Source of the DNA: Polyangiales bacterium
GTDB lineage: Bacteria > Myxococcota_A > Polyangia > Polyangiales > Ga0077539
Assembly: GCA_044229975.1 (NCBI GenBank)
Contig: JBGARZ010000005.1
Coordinates: 64,001 to 128,000 of the forward strand
DNA: 64,000 bases
Direction of reading: 5' to 3'
Numbering within the stretch: position 1 is the stretch's first letter; each line of letters starts with the position of its first letter. Below, one piece after another: positions 40,384 to 49,032 of this stretch. Position numbers and translations under genes: made by a program. The notes below the pieces were generated by a model. That model made no database searches and was not told the origin of the DNA. It worked only from the letters and a program-made list of their open reading frames with translations.

Positions 40384-41657
40384 AGGGCGTACTCGCCACG
40401 CTCGCGCTCCTGTGCGGCTGCCGTTGGGACGTCGTGATTGGTTCCGATGGCCTCGCGCTGTCGACCGACGATGCCGGCGCGATGGACGCCTCGACCGGGG
40501 ACGTTGCACCCGCGGTCGATGCCGTCGACGTGGTCGCCGTCGATCGTGGGTTTGCGCCTGATCGGCCCGACGTCCCGGTGGTGGTCGATGTGCCGGAGGT
40601 ACCGATGGGGACCATCCGAGCGGTGGCGATCGGCGGCGACTTCCTGTGCATCGTGCGCTCGGAGGGCTCGGTGTGGTGCCGCGGCGACAACACCCACGGC
40701 GCGCTCGGCGACGGAACGACCGCCGCGACGAGCGAGCAGGTGCGCGTGCAGGGCATCGGCCCGGTGGCGTCGATGGTGGCGGGGCGGCGACACGCGTGCG
40801 CGATGTTGTCGGCGGGCGGCGTTCGGTGCTGGGGCGCCAACGACCGCGGGCAGCTCGGCGACGGCACCACCATCGACCGACCGACGCCGGTGGCGCCGGC
40901 GGGCATCCCGGATGTCGAAGCGGTCACCGCCGGGGCGGCGCACACCTGCGTTCGAACCGGCGTGGTGGTGCGCTGCGCAGGCGCCAACGAGCACGGCCAG
41001 CTTGGGGATGGGACCGGCACCGACCGCGCGACCTTCGTCCCGGTGAGCGGAACCTACGGGCGCGTGGAGGCGGGCGGAGCGTTCACGCTGGCGGAGACGG
41101 CCGGAGGGATGCTCGTCGCGTGGGGCGCCAATGACCACGGGCAGCTCGGCGACGGGACCACCACCGACCGCCCGATGCCGGGAGCGGTCGCGGGCGCAGC
41201 GGCGGCGGGGCGGGTGCTCGCGGTGGGTGACGCGCACGCGCTGGCGCGGGTGGCCGACGGGACGACCTACGCATGGGGAGACAACGCCCAGGGGGCATTG
41301 GGAGACGGCTCCACGACGGAGCGACGGACGCCCGTGGAGGTGGCGGCGTGGCGCGAGTCGACGTCGGTGCGGGCGGGGCGCGGGTTCACCTGCGGCGACG
41401 GCACTGCCGTGGCGATGCGATGCACCGGCGCCAACGATCTGGGTCAGGTGGGCGACGACAGCGGGATGGCGCGCAGCACGCCCGTGGTGGTGGCGGTGTC
41501 GCCACGGGGTCCCGTCGCGTTCAAGGCGGCGGGCTTCGACCGGGCGTGCGCCGCGCCATCGCCCGCGGAGCTGTGGTGCTGGGGCGACAACGCGCTCGGG
41601 CAACTGGGTCCGGCCGCGGAGACGCGACAGCTACGACCGGTGCTCGTCGGGCGCTGA
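40380..41657 (+). CDS. RCC1-repeat lipoprotein
   Basis: LLCGC lipobox; repeated CWGxNxxGQLGDGT. Confidence 0.88.
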   Translation: MKGVLATLALLCGCRWDVVIGSDGLALSTDDAGAMDASTGDVAPAVDAVDVVAVDRGFAPDRPDVPVVVDVPEVPMGTIRAVAIGGDFLCIVRSEGSVWCRGDNTHGALGDGTTAATSEQVRVQGIGPVASMVAGRRHACAMLSAGGVRCWGANDRGQLGDGTTIDRPTPVAPAGIPDVEAVTAGAAHTCVRTGVVVRCAGANEHGQLGDGTGTDRATFVPVSGTYGRVEAGGAFTLAETAGGMLVAWGANDHGQLGDGTTTDRPMPGAVAGAAAAGRVLAVGDAHALARVADGTTYAWGDNAQGALGDGSTTERRTPVEVAAWRESTSVRAGRGFTCGDGTAVAMRCTGANDLGQVGDDSGMARSTPVVVAVSPRGPVAFKAAGFDRACAAPSPAELWCWGDNALGQLGPAAETRQLRPVLVGR

Positions 41658-41707
41658 TCGGATCGCTGGAAGCTCCGAACCGACAAGCGGGTTCGCGACC
41701 CATCGTC

Positions 41708-42094
41708 ATGACCATGCCCTCCTGCGTTCGCTTCGTGCCGTCGCGTGTCGAGGGATGGCCCGATGTCCGCGAGGTTGTCTTCCATGGCGATCACCTCGAC
41801 GTCCTCTGCGGGGACGTCTGGCAGCGCATCGACTACGCCTCGATCGCGCGATCGCAGGAGCCGCGATGGATCGCGCTGTTGCGCCGAGCATTGGGACGTC
41901 GCCCGACGCCGCGATTGGTGGCCGACCGTGACTGGTTCAAGGCGCCACCTGATCGATCGCTGACCCTGTACACGCGGCCGCCGCTGCTCATCTGCATGCC
42001 CGACGACGAGCCCGTCGATCACGACGCGAGCTACTTCTGGCGGGTGCAGCAGGTCATCCGCGCCGGCGGGTACGTGACCTGGGACGGCGGCTGA
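41708..42094 (+). CDS. small hypothetical protein
   Basis: 128-aa ORF with somewhat atypical codon usage. Confidence 0.55.
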   Translation: MTMPSCVRFVPSRVEGWPDVREVVFHGDHLDVLCGDVWQRIDYASIARSQEPRWIALLRRALGRRPTPRLVADRDWFKAPPDRSLTLYTRPPLLICMPDDEPVDHDASYFWRVQQVIRAGGYVTWDGG

Positions 42095-42164
42095 CCAAAG
42101 ACCTGGTTGCGAAGACGGTGACTGCGGCTGCGACTCTTTTCCTGACGGTGGGAGTGGGGGGTCG

Positions 42165-42373
42165 GCGACGAGGAAGACACGAAGCCGCAAGGGCGCCAGG
42201 GTCGCAAGGAGTGAAGAGGCTTCCGACGGGCAGCAGGATGAGCCCATGGTCATCCACTTCACCAACATTGCGCTCGTCTCCGCTCCGTCTGAGTCACCCC
42301 CTCAACCTCCGTCGGAAACCTCTTCAGTCCTTGCGACCCTGGCGCCCTTGCGGCTTCGTGTCTTCCTGGTCGC
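42165..42373. repeat. inverted repeat element (65-bp arms, 79-bp spacer), REPIN/MITE-like
   Basis: Arms 42165-42229 and 42309-42373 are reverse complements with 3 mismatches. Confidence 0.9.
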
Positions 42374-42380
42374 TGCGCCC

Positions 42381-43142
42381 CAACTCCTCACCGACCTCAG
42401 CGACCGCACCGTCGGCCGCTGCGGCACCAACGCCGGCGAGGGCGGCGGCTGCAACGGCACGACGCCCTACTGCACGTCCTCGACCCTCACATGCAGCGAC
42501 AACGACATCCCCGAGAACGGGCTCTGCCAGAACGTCCGCGCGGGTGACATGCCTTGCGGGACCGGCCTCGTGTGCTCGGGCACCGCGCTCTCCGGGGGCA
42601 TCTGCCAGACCACCGCGTCGACGGGGGGAATGTGCAACCCGCTCACGCCGACCATCCGCTGCCCGGGCACCCAGGTGTGCGGTGCCGTCGCGTTCAACCG
42701 CGGCACCTGCGCGGCCGTTACTGGTGCCGAGACGGAGCCCAACGACTCACCGGCTGCCGTGATGGGCTCGCCCGTCACCACGACCACCACGCGCCGTGGC
42801 GCGCTCACCTTCGGCGACGTCGATTGTGTCGCCGTCACCGTCGCCGCGGGGGCCTCGGTCACCGCGTTCGTCAGCGATGGCAACGGTCGCTGCCCGGCTC
42901 CCATCGTCGGCGGCATCACGCTCGACCTCTACGGCACCGACGGCACCACCTGGCGCGGCACCTCGTCCAACTCTGCGCTCGGTCGCTGCGCCATGATCGA
43001 TGGAACCCGCGCGGCGGTGTTTCCGTACGCCAACGCCCTCCCGGCCGGAACGTACTTCGTCTGCGCCCGTGGCTTCCGCGACGCCACCACGACCACGGGC
43101 CCCATCTCCGACTACGTGCTCAGCGTCTCGACCTCGCCCTGA
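42381..43142 (+). pseudogene. 5'-truncated Cys-rich secreted protein with PPC-like C-terminal domain
   Basis: Coding-like sequence (Cys repeats, ETEPND) begins right after the IR arm; no signal peptide; the only upstream ATG is inside the IR spacer. Confidence 0.55.
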
Positions 43143-44272
43143 GCGGGCCTCCGAGGCACGTACGGAAACCACCGCTTGAGCTCGTTGATGGGGCGCTCCA
43201 ACGCAAACCAGCTCGCGCTCGCGGTGGCGACCACCGTCCCCACCGCCACCGGAAACCACAGCGCCGCGTCTGGCTCGATCGTCCGCAGCCACCGCCCCAC
43301 GACCGCGAGCCCCGGCAGCGCTCCGAGTCCGAACGCCGCCGTCCGTACGAAGGTGTGCTGCACGTAGATGCCGTAGCTGATCTTGCCGAGGTACCGAGGG
43401 ACGCGCGCTGCCAGCAAGCGACCGGTCACTCCCGGCAGCCCCCTCGCCGCAGCGTCGATCACCGCGAAGAAGCACACGCCCCCCGCCGTGAGCTGGAACA
43501 TCATCGCCAACGTCTCCGCGATGCTTCCCATCGCCCACGGCCCGAGCCACGGGAGCAGCAACACCACGGGCGCGCCCACCGCGAGCCCCACCGCACGCAC
43601 GCGTCGACGCACGCCATCGAGCGCCGCGGGGTCGTGCCAGCAGCACCCGAGCAGCGCGCCCCACACGAGCTGGTCGGTGCACCCGAAGGGGAGCATGCCG
43701 ACGGCGAAGGGACCCACCTCCAGCCCACGCAGATAGACCAGGCGCATGAGGGGACAGAGCACCAGCAACGACGCGATGGCGCGCACCAGCCAGCGCGGTG
43801 GAACGCACAAGATCACCAGCGGCCAGAGCAGATAGAACTGCTCCTCGACCGCGAGGCTCCAGAAGGGCGTGACGGGTCCGTCCCACGACCCACGGCGCGC
43901 GAAGTAGAGGTTGGACAGGTAGGTCGCGTGCCACGCGAACGATCGCCGCACCGCGGGCACACCGAAGGCGGCCGCCGCGAGCAGCACCGCGTAGTACAGC
44001 GGCCAGATGCGCAGGAAGCGGCGGGCATAGAAGGCGCGCAGCCCGCCGACGAGGGTCTGTCTGCCCGCGGCGATGTGCTCGCGCAGGTCGAGCAGGATGC
44101 GCGTGATGAGGAAGCCGCTGAGGACGAAGAAGAGCCCGACGCCGAGACCACCCGGGCCGATGCGACGAACGGTGGGCCACTCGCCCAGGTAGTGCTGCAC
44201 CAGCACGAGCGCGACGGCCACCGCGCGCAGCCCGTCGAGCTGGGGCATCGGCTGGAGCGCCGCCTTCGACAC
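43112..44272 (-). CDS. acyltransferase 3 (OafA-like) family
   Basis: LDGLRAVA, GVGLFFVLSGFLI, RRFLRIWP, WSLAVEEQFY. Confidence 0.92.
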   Translation of the reverse strand: MSKAALQPMPQLDGLRAVAVALVLVQHYLGEWPTVRRIGPGGLGVGLFFVLSGFLITRILLDLREHIAAGRQTLVGGLRAFYARRFLRIWPLYYAVLLAAAAFGVPAVRRSFAWHATYLSNLYFARRGSWDGPVTPFWSLAVEEQFYLLWPLVILCVPPRWLVRAIASLLVLCPLMRLVYLRGLEVGPFAVGMLPFGCTDQLVWGALLGCCWHDPAALDGVRRRVRAVGLAVGAPVVLLLPWLGPWAMGSIAETLAMMFQLTAGGVCFFAVIDAAARGLPGVTGRLLAARVPRYLGKISYGIYVQHTFVRTAAFGLGALPGLAVVGRWLRTIEPDAALWFPVAVGTVVATASASWFALERPINELKRWFPYVPRRPAQGEVETLST

Positions 44273-44276
44273 GCGA

Positions 44277-46322
44277 TCAGTCCTCGCCGACGGAGGCCGT
44301 CGAGCGCCACCACAGGCTCTCCAGGCGATCGACGGCGCGGCGCACCAGCTCTCGCGGAGTGGCAGCGCGCTCGATGGTCTCGCTCACCCAGGTCGCCCAG
44401 CGCGGGTCGTCCACCGGCGACCTCACCCGCGCGTGCGCCGCCTGCACCTTGAAGGCGAGCACCACCCGCTGCGCCGCATCGAGCGTCGGAACCTCGATGG
44501 GCTTCGCCTGGTGCAACCGCCGTCGCAGCATCGCCGCGTCCTCCGAGGGGAGCACCGTGCGCTGCTCGGCCACGTCGGCGAGCATGGCGTCGGCCTCCAC
44601 GCGCAGGCGTTCGAGCGCGTCGGGCGTGATCGCGAGCACGACGCAACTGCCGGGGAGGGTTCCGCCGGCGTAGTAGGACAGCGAGCGCAGGGCGGCGCGG
44701 CGCTGCGGGGCCGTGAAGGCGCGGAAGAGGTTCTCGGCTTCGTCCACGAGGATCACCGGCGCGAGGCATCCGTCGATGGTGGCGAGGAGTTCGAGCCAGA
44801 GCTGGAGGCGCTGCCAGGCGTCCTTGCGGTAGGCCGTCGACGCCGGCTTGTGCCGCAGGTCCGACGCGGAGAGGAAGGCTTCGAGCGCCGCGCCGGGTCG
44901 CTTCGTTCGCTTCATGCGGCCGAGGGCGCGCGAGGCGGCTGCGGCGGCGTCACCGGTTCCGTTGGAGACGGCGCCGAGCACCATGCGAACGCCATCGAGC
45001 TCGGTGGCGGTGCGGGTCCATGCGGTGAGGCGGTCGAGGGCGCTGGGCCGACCCGGTAGCGGGAGCACCGACTGATCGAGCAGGCGATGCAGGTGCCGCT
45101 GTGGGTGGCCGAGGTCGGCGTCGAGGTACTCCAGCGACAGGCGAAACACCGGGCGCTTCTCGGCGAGCGAGCGCGCCGTGAGGTGCATGAGCAGGTGCGA
45201 CTTGCCCGAGCCGTACACGCCCGACACCAGCGCGAAGACCGAGCTCTCCAGCGAGGCGTGGCGGAACAGCTCGTCGATGGTCTCGTCGATGCGCTCGTGG
45301 CCGACGCTGAGGCCGACGTCCGGGTCGAGCGGTGGCAGGCCGTGCGCCGCACGAAGGATGGCCCGCAGCCCCGACGCCTCGCCGCGCAGCGCGGGCAGCG
45401 GGATGGGGTAGGTCATCGGCTGCGTCCATCCCGGCGGCGGGGACAGGTCGACCAGCGGACGGTGGGGCGGAGGGAGCGCGGCCTCGGCCAACGGAGCGAG
45501 CACGCGAGAGGCGAGCGGTCGGCAGAGGGTGATGCCGCGGGCGCCGTCGTAGAGCAGGGCGGTGGCGCCGACCCAGAGCTGCGCCGAGACGAGGCCGCGG
45601 GCGCCGTCGGCATTGTCGACGAGCTCGCGGAGCACGGTGAAGGCGCCGTCGCGACGGGAGATGGACAGTCGGGTGAGGGCCTCGGCGCCTTCGAAGATGA
45701 GCACCAGGCCGCGGTGGCCGAGAGCGCGCACGAGGCGCGAGAACTCACCGAGCGCGCGCAGGGCGGTGGGGGCGGTGAGAGCGCCGAGGACGGTTCCGCG
45801 GGTCTCGGCGCGGGAGAGGTCGGTGCCAGAGAGCCACGCGTCGATGCGGGAGGCGGGGCGGGCCGGGCGGCTGGCGGCGTCGAGGTACTCGCGGGTGAGG
45901 ACGGCGAGGTCGCCATGGGCGCCGAGGGGAAGGGCGTCGCGATCGAAGGCAGCGAGCGCGGCAGCGGGCGCGGGGTGGCTGGCGAGGAAGGTATCGAGGA
46001 GGGCGGTCCAGCCGCGGGCGTCGGAGTGGGGCGGGCGCACGGACTGAACGAGGTTGCGCACGAGCCCATCGAGGGCATCGAAGCAGCGGTCGGACATCAC
46101 GCTGACCCGCGCCACGCAGAAGCCGCGCGACCACGCCACGGACGCGAGGGAGTCGAACCACGCGCTCGCCATCGACGCTCGCTTCGCGTTGATGAAGAGC
46201 ACCTCGGCGGCCCCGGTGACGGCGATGTCTTCCATGCCCTGCTGGGCACCACGCAGGAGCGCCGACTGCCACGCGGCCTCGGGGGACTCCGGAGGTTTGG
46301 ACGGATAGGGGGAGAGCGTCAC
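44277..46322 (-). CDS. tandem DUF2791/BrxD-like P-loop ATPase
   Basis: Second domain GVYGSGKSH and ILVDEAE; first domain degenerate (GHRGLVLIFEGAE, LRELVD). Confidence 0.7.
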   Translation of the reverse strand: MTLSPYPSKPPESPEAAWQSALLRGAQQGMEDIAVTGAAEVLFINAKRASMASAWFDSLASVAWSRGFCVARVSVMSDRCFDALDGLVRNLVQSVRPPHSDARGWTALLDTFLASHPAPAAALAAFDRDALPLGAHGDLAVLTREYLDAASRPARPASRIDAWLSGTDLSRAETRGTVLGALTAPTALRALGEFSRLVRALGHRGLVLIFEGAEALTRLSISRRDGAFTVLRELVDNADGARGLVSAQLWVGATALLYDGARGITLCRPLASRVLAPLAEAALPPPHRPLVDLSPPPGWTQPMTYPIPLPALRGEASGLRAILRAAHGLPPLDPDVGLSVGHERIDETIDELFRHASLESSVFALVSGVYGSGKSHLLMHLTARSLAEKRPVFRLSLEYLDADLGHPQRHLHRLLDQSVLPLPGRPSALDRLTAWTRTATELDGVRMVLGAVSNGTGDAAAAASRALGRMKRTKRPGAALEAFLSASDLRHKPASTAYRKDAWQRLQLWLELLATIDGCLAPVILVDEAENLFRAFTAPQRRAALRSLSYYAGGTLPGSCVVLAITPDALERLRVEADAMLADVAEQRTVLPSEDAAMLRRRLHQAKPIEVPTLDAAQRVVLAFKVQAAHARVRSPVDDPRWATWVSETIERAATPRELVRRAVDRLESLWWRSTASVGED

Positions 46323-46401
46323 CGCGGGAGACTCTACGACGGGCAGTCAGGGAGAGCGCGAGAGCTCTGCCTCCGCTCGTCCACTGGGAACCCGAGGTTG
46401 C

Positions 46402-46664
46402 GGAGCATGTGCTCACGTCCGCCCAATGCGCCTCACCGTCGCGTGGCGACGGGGCGACGGGTGGTCGGAGATGGGCCGCAAGGGCGCAAGGATCGCAAGG
46501 GCAGGAAGAAGTGAGGGTCGGCAACGGCCCACCAACGTTTCGCCGGACCGCCTACCTGATCACTCCCTTGCGATCCTTGCGCCCTTGCGGCCCATCTCCG
46601 ACCACCCGTCGCCCCGTCGCTACGCGACGGTGAGGCGCATTGGGCAGACGTGAGCACATGCTCC
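46402..46664. repeat. long inverted repeat element (100-bp arms, 63-bp spacer)
   Basis: Arms 46402-46501 and 46565-46664 are reverse complements with 2 mismatches seen. Confidence 0.92.
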
Positions 46665-46696
46665 CTCATCCCTCCGCTCCGCTGGTGGAAGGGGGA

Positions 46697-46948
46697 CTAC
46701 GGGATGGCGTCGTCCTCGTCGTCGGCGGCCGAGCGCGCATGGTCGACGGCCTCGCGGATGTCGTCGATGACGTCGACGAAGGGCGCGGAGAGCCACGGCG
46801 CGACGTCGTCGTCGAAGTCTTCGAGCGAGGTGGTGAAGCCCTCGCGGGCGCCGCTGATGCGGAGCACCGAGACGGCCACGCCGCGCGGGTCGACGGTGAC
46901 CGTGACGGTGTCGCCCTCGTCGGTGTCGCGGGACCAGGTGCGTGCCAT
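46697..46948 (-). CDS. small acidic hypothetical protein
   Basis: 83-aa GC3-rich ORF. Confidence 0.55.
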   Translation of the reverse strand: MARTWSRDTDEGDTVTVTVDPRGVAVSVLRISGAREGFTTSLEDFDDDVAPWLSAPFVDVIDDIREAVDHARSAADDEDDAIP

Positions 46949-46987
46949 GCGCGCGAACTCTACGACTGCGCGGTAGGGTACCGGCCC

Positions 46988-47539
46988 ATGATCGACAACG
47001 TCGAAGCGCTACGGGCGGCCGTGAGGGACGGGCAGAGTTTCCAGTACGAGCTTTTCTGGGGCCACCGTCCCTCGGCAGACGGGCGCATCGACGGCAAGTG
47101 CCTGTCACAGTGGTGGGCGTGCTCCTTCGTGGTCGACGGGGTGACGTACACGTCGACCGAGCAGTGGATGATGGCGGGCAAGGCGCGGCTCTTCGGCGAC
47201 GCGGAGACGCTCGCGGAGATCCTGGCGGTGACCGACCCCGGCGTGGTGAAGAAGCTCGGACGGAAGGTGCGCGGCTTCGACGAGGCGACGTGGGTGGCCG
47301 CGCGCTTCGAGCTGGTCACGCGCGGCAACATCGAGAAGTTCGGGCAGGACGCGCGGCTGCGGGGCTTTCTCCTGAAGACAGGCGATGCCGTGCTGGTGGA
47401 GGCGTCGCCGTACGACAGCATCTGGGGCATCGCGCTGGGGGCCTCGGACGAGCGAGCGACCGACCCGCTGCGCTGGGAGGGTCTCAACCTGCTGGGCTTC
47501 GCGCTGATGAGGGCGAGAGCGCATCTGCGCAACGGATAG
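46988..47539 (+). CDS. NADAR (YbiA-like) family protein
   Basis: CLSQWW, EQWMMAGKA.LFGD, KKLGRKV, LVEASPYDSIWGI, GLNLLG. Confidence 0.92.
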   Translation: MIDNVEALRAAVRDGQSFQYELFWGHRPSADGRIDGKCLSQWWACSFVVDGVTYTSTEQWMMAGKARLFGDAETLAEILAVTDPGVVKKLGRKVRGFDEATWVAARFELVTRGNIEKFGQDARLRGFLLKTGDAVLVEASPYDSIWGIALGASDERATDPLRWEGLNLLGFALMRARAHLRNG

Positions 47540-47555
47540 GCGCGACGGATGGCGA

Positions 47556-48218
47556 CTACGCCCGTCGGTAGCGCGCGACCCAGCGCCGCACCGGCGGATC
47601 TTCCCCGTCGCGCACATCCTCGAAGGACACCCGCACCAGCGGCGCCTCGCCCAGCGGCGCGAGTTCCTCCGCCGTCAGGGGCCACGGCGGACCGTTGGCT
47701 GCCTCGCTCGCGTCCCTCGCCCGCGCGATGACCAGCAGCGTGCCGCCCGGCGCCACGAGCGATCGCAGCGACGCCATCGCCACGACCCTCGCGTCCGCCG
47801 GGAGCGCCTGCAACGTGTACGTCTCCGTCACGAAGTCGAAGGCACCGAGGTAGCGCGCGGGCGGCGCCAGCAGGTCGGCCACCTCGTAGCGCACCGCGCT
47901 CGTCGGGAAGCGCTCACGGGCACCTTCCACGGCGGTGGGCGCGACGTCGAAGGCCGTCACGTCGAAGCCGCGCCGGGCGAGCTCCTCCGCGTTGTCGCCG
48001 AGGCCGCAGCCCACATCGAGCGCGCGCGTGCCGGTCACCTCGTCGCGGTGCGCGTCGAGCCAGCGCACCATCATCGGGTTGGCCGTGCGGTCGTCCCACG
48101 GAACACCCGTCGTCCCCTGGCGCGCCTCGACGTAGAGCTGCTCGAACCACCCCGTCGGGTTGCCCTGCGCGATAGAGGCGTGGGCGAGCTCGCGGGCGCG
48201 GGGGCGATGGTTGGTCAT
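47556..48218 (-). CDS. class I SAM methyltransferase (TPMT-like)
   Basis: ALDVGCGLGD, VTAFDVA, GPPWPL. Confidence 0.85.
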   Translation of the reverse strand: MTNHRPRARELAHASIAQGNPTGWFEQLYVEARQGTTGVPWDDRTANPMMVRWLDAHRDEVTGTRALDVGCGLGDNAEELARRGFDVTAFDVAPTAVEGARERFPTSAVRYEVADLLAPPARYLGAFDFVTETYTLQALPADARVVAMASLRSLVAPGGTLLVIARARDASEAANGPPWPLTAEELAPLGEAPLVRVSFEDVRDGEDPPVRRWVARYRRA

Positions 48219-48227
48219 GGGTGTGGG

Positions 48228-49028
48228 TCAGTCGTTGAGCGACGGGCGGGAGACACGCTCTTCGCGACGGGCGCGGCGGCGACGGGTGATGGTCACGGCG
48301 CTCTCGACGAGGCCGAAGACCAGGTAGCAGCCGAGCAGCCACGGCAGCGCGAAGGCCGCGCCCCAGCGCAGGCCCACGAGCGCGGTGCTGGTGACGCCCG
48401 CGGCGATGATGACCAGCGGTCGCCACCCGGTGAGCCGCACGTCCTTGAACGACCGAAACTGCACCGTGCTCACCATGAGCGCCGAGAGCGAGACCATCAG
48501 CGCGGCGACGGCGGCGGGGTGGGCGAAGAGGTTGCCGCGCACCGAGTGGTTGGCGAGCACGAGCGCGATGAGCATGCCCGCGGCGCCGGGGATGGGCAGG
48601 CCGACGATGTACTTGCCGGGCTTGGTGGCGACGGCCGTCTCGCGGGTGGCGATGACATTGAAGCGCGCGAGGCGGATGGCGCCGCAGGCGACGTAGACGA
48701 AGCACGCCGCGATGCCGAGGTCGCCGAGGGGTGACAAGGCCCAGCGCCACGCGAGCATGGCCGGGGCGAGGCCGAAGGAGATGACGTCCGCGAGCGAGTC
48801 GAACTGGAGACCGAAGGCCGACTGGGTGCGGGTGAGGCGCGCCACGCGGCCGTCGATGATGTCGAAGAACATCGCGAACACCAGCAGCAGCGCGGCGAGC
48901 TGGTAGCGCGTGGGGTCGACCGCCGGGGACTCCGCCGTGGAGAGCACCCTGATGGCGTTGAAGCCACAGAAGATGCTGGAGACGGTGAAGAGGTTGGGGA
49001 GGATGAAGAGGCTCTTGCGGAGGTCCAT
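48228..49028 (-). CDS. pssA: CDP-diacylglycerol--serine O-phosphatidyltransferase
   Basis: LPNLFT, DIIDGRVAR...FG.QFDSLAD.ISFG.AP, RLARFN. Confidence 0.93.
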   Translation of the reverse strand: MDLRKSLFILPNLFTVSSIFCGFNAIRVLSTAESPAVDPTRYQLAALLLVFAMFFDIIDGRVARLTRTQSAFGLQFDSLADVISFGLAPAMLAWRWALSPLGDLGIAACFVYVACGAIRLARFNVIATRETAVATKPGKYIVGLPIPGAAGMLIALVLANHSVRGNLFAHPAAVAALMVSLSALMVSTVQFRSFKDVRLTGWRPLVIIAAGVTSTALVGLRWGAAFALPWLLGCYLVFGLVESAVTITRRRRARREERVSRPSLND

Positions 49029-49032
49029 GGCT

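Noticed and set aside
41660..42160. Isolated atypical ORF as a further integron cassette
   Set aside because: No attC arms found on either side
46409..46669. Near-identical short ORFs on opposite strands
   Set aside because: Artefact of the 100-bp inverted repeat
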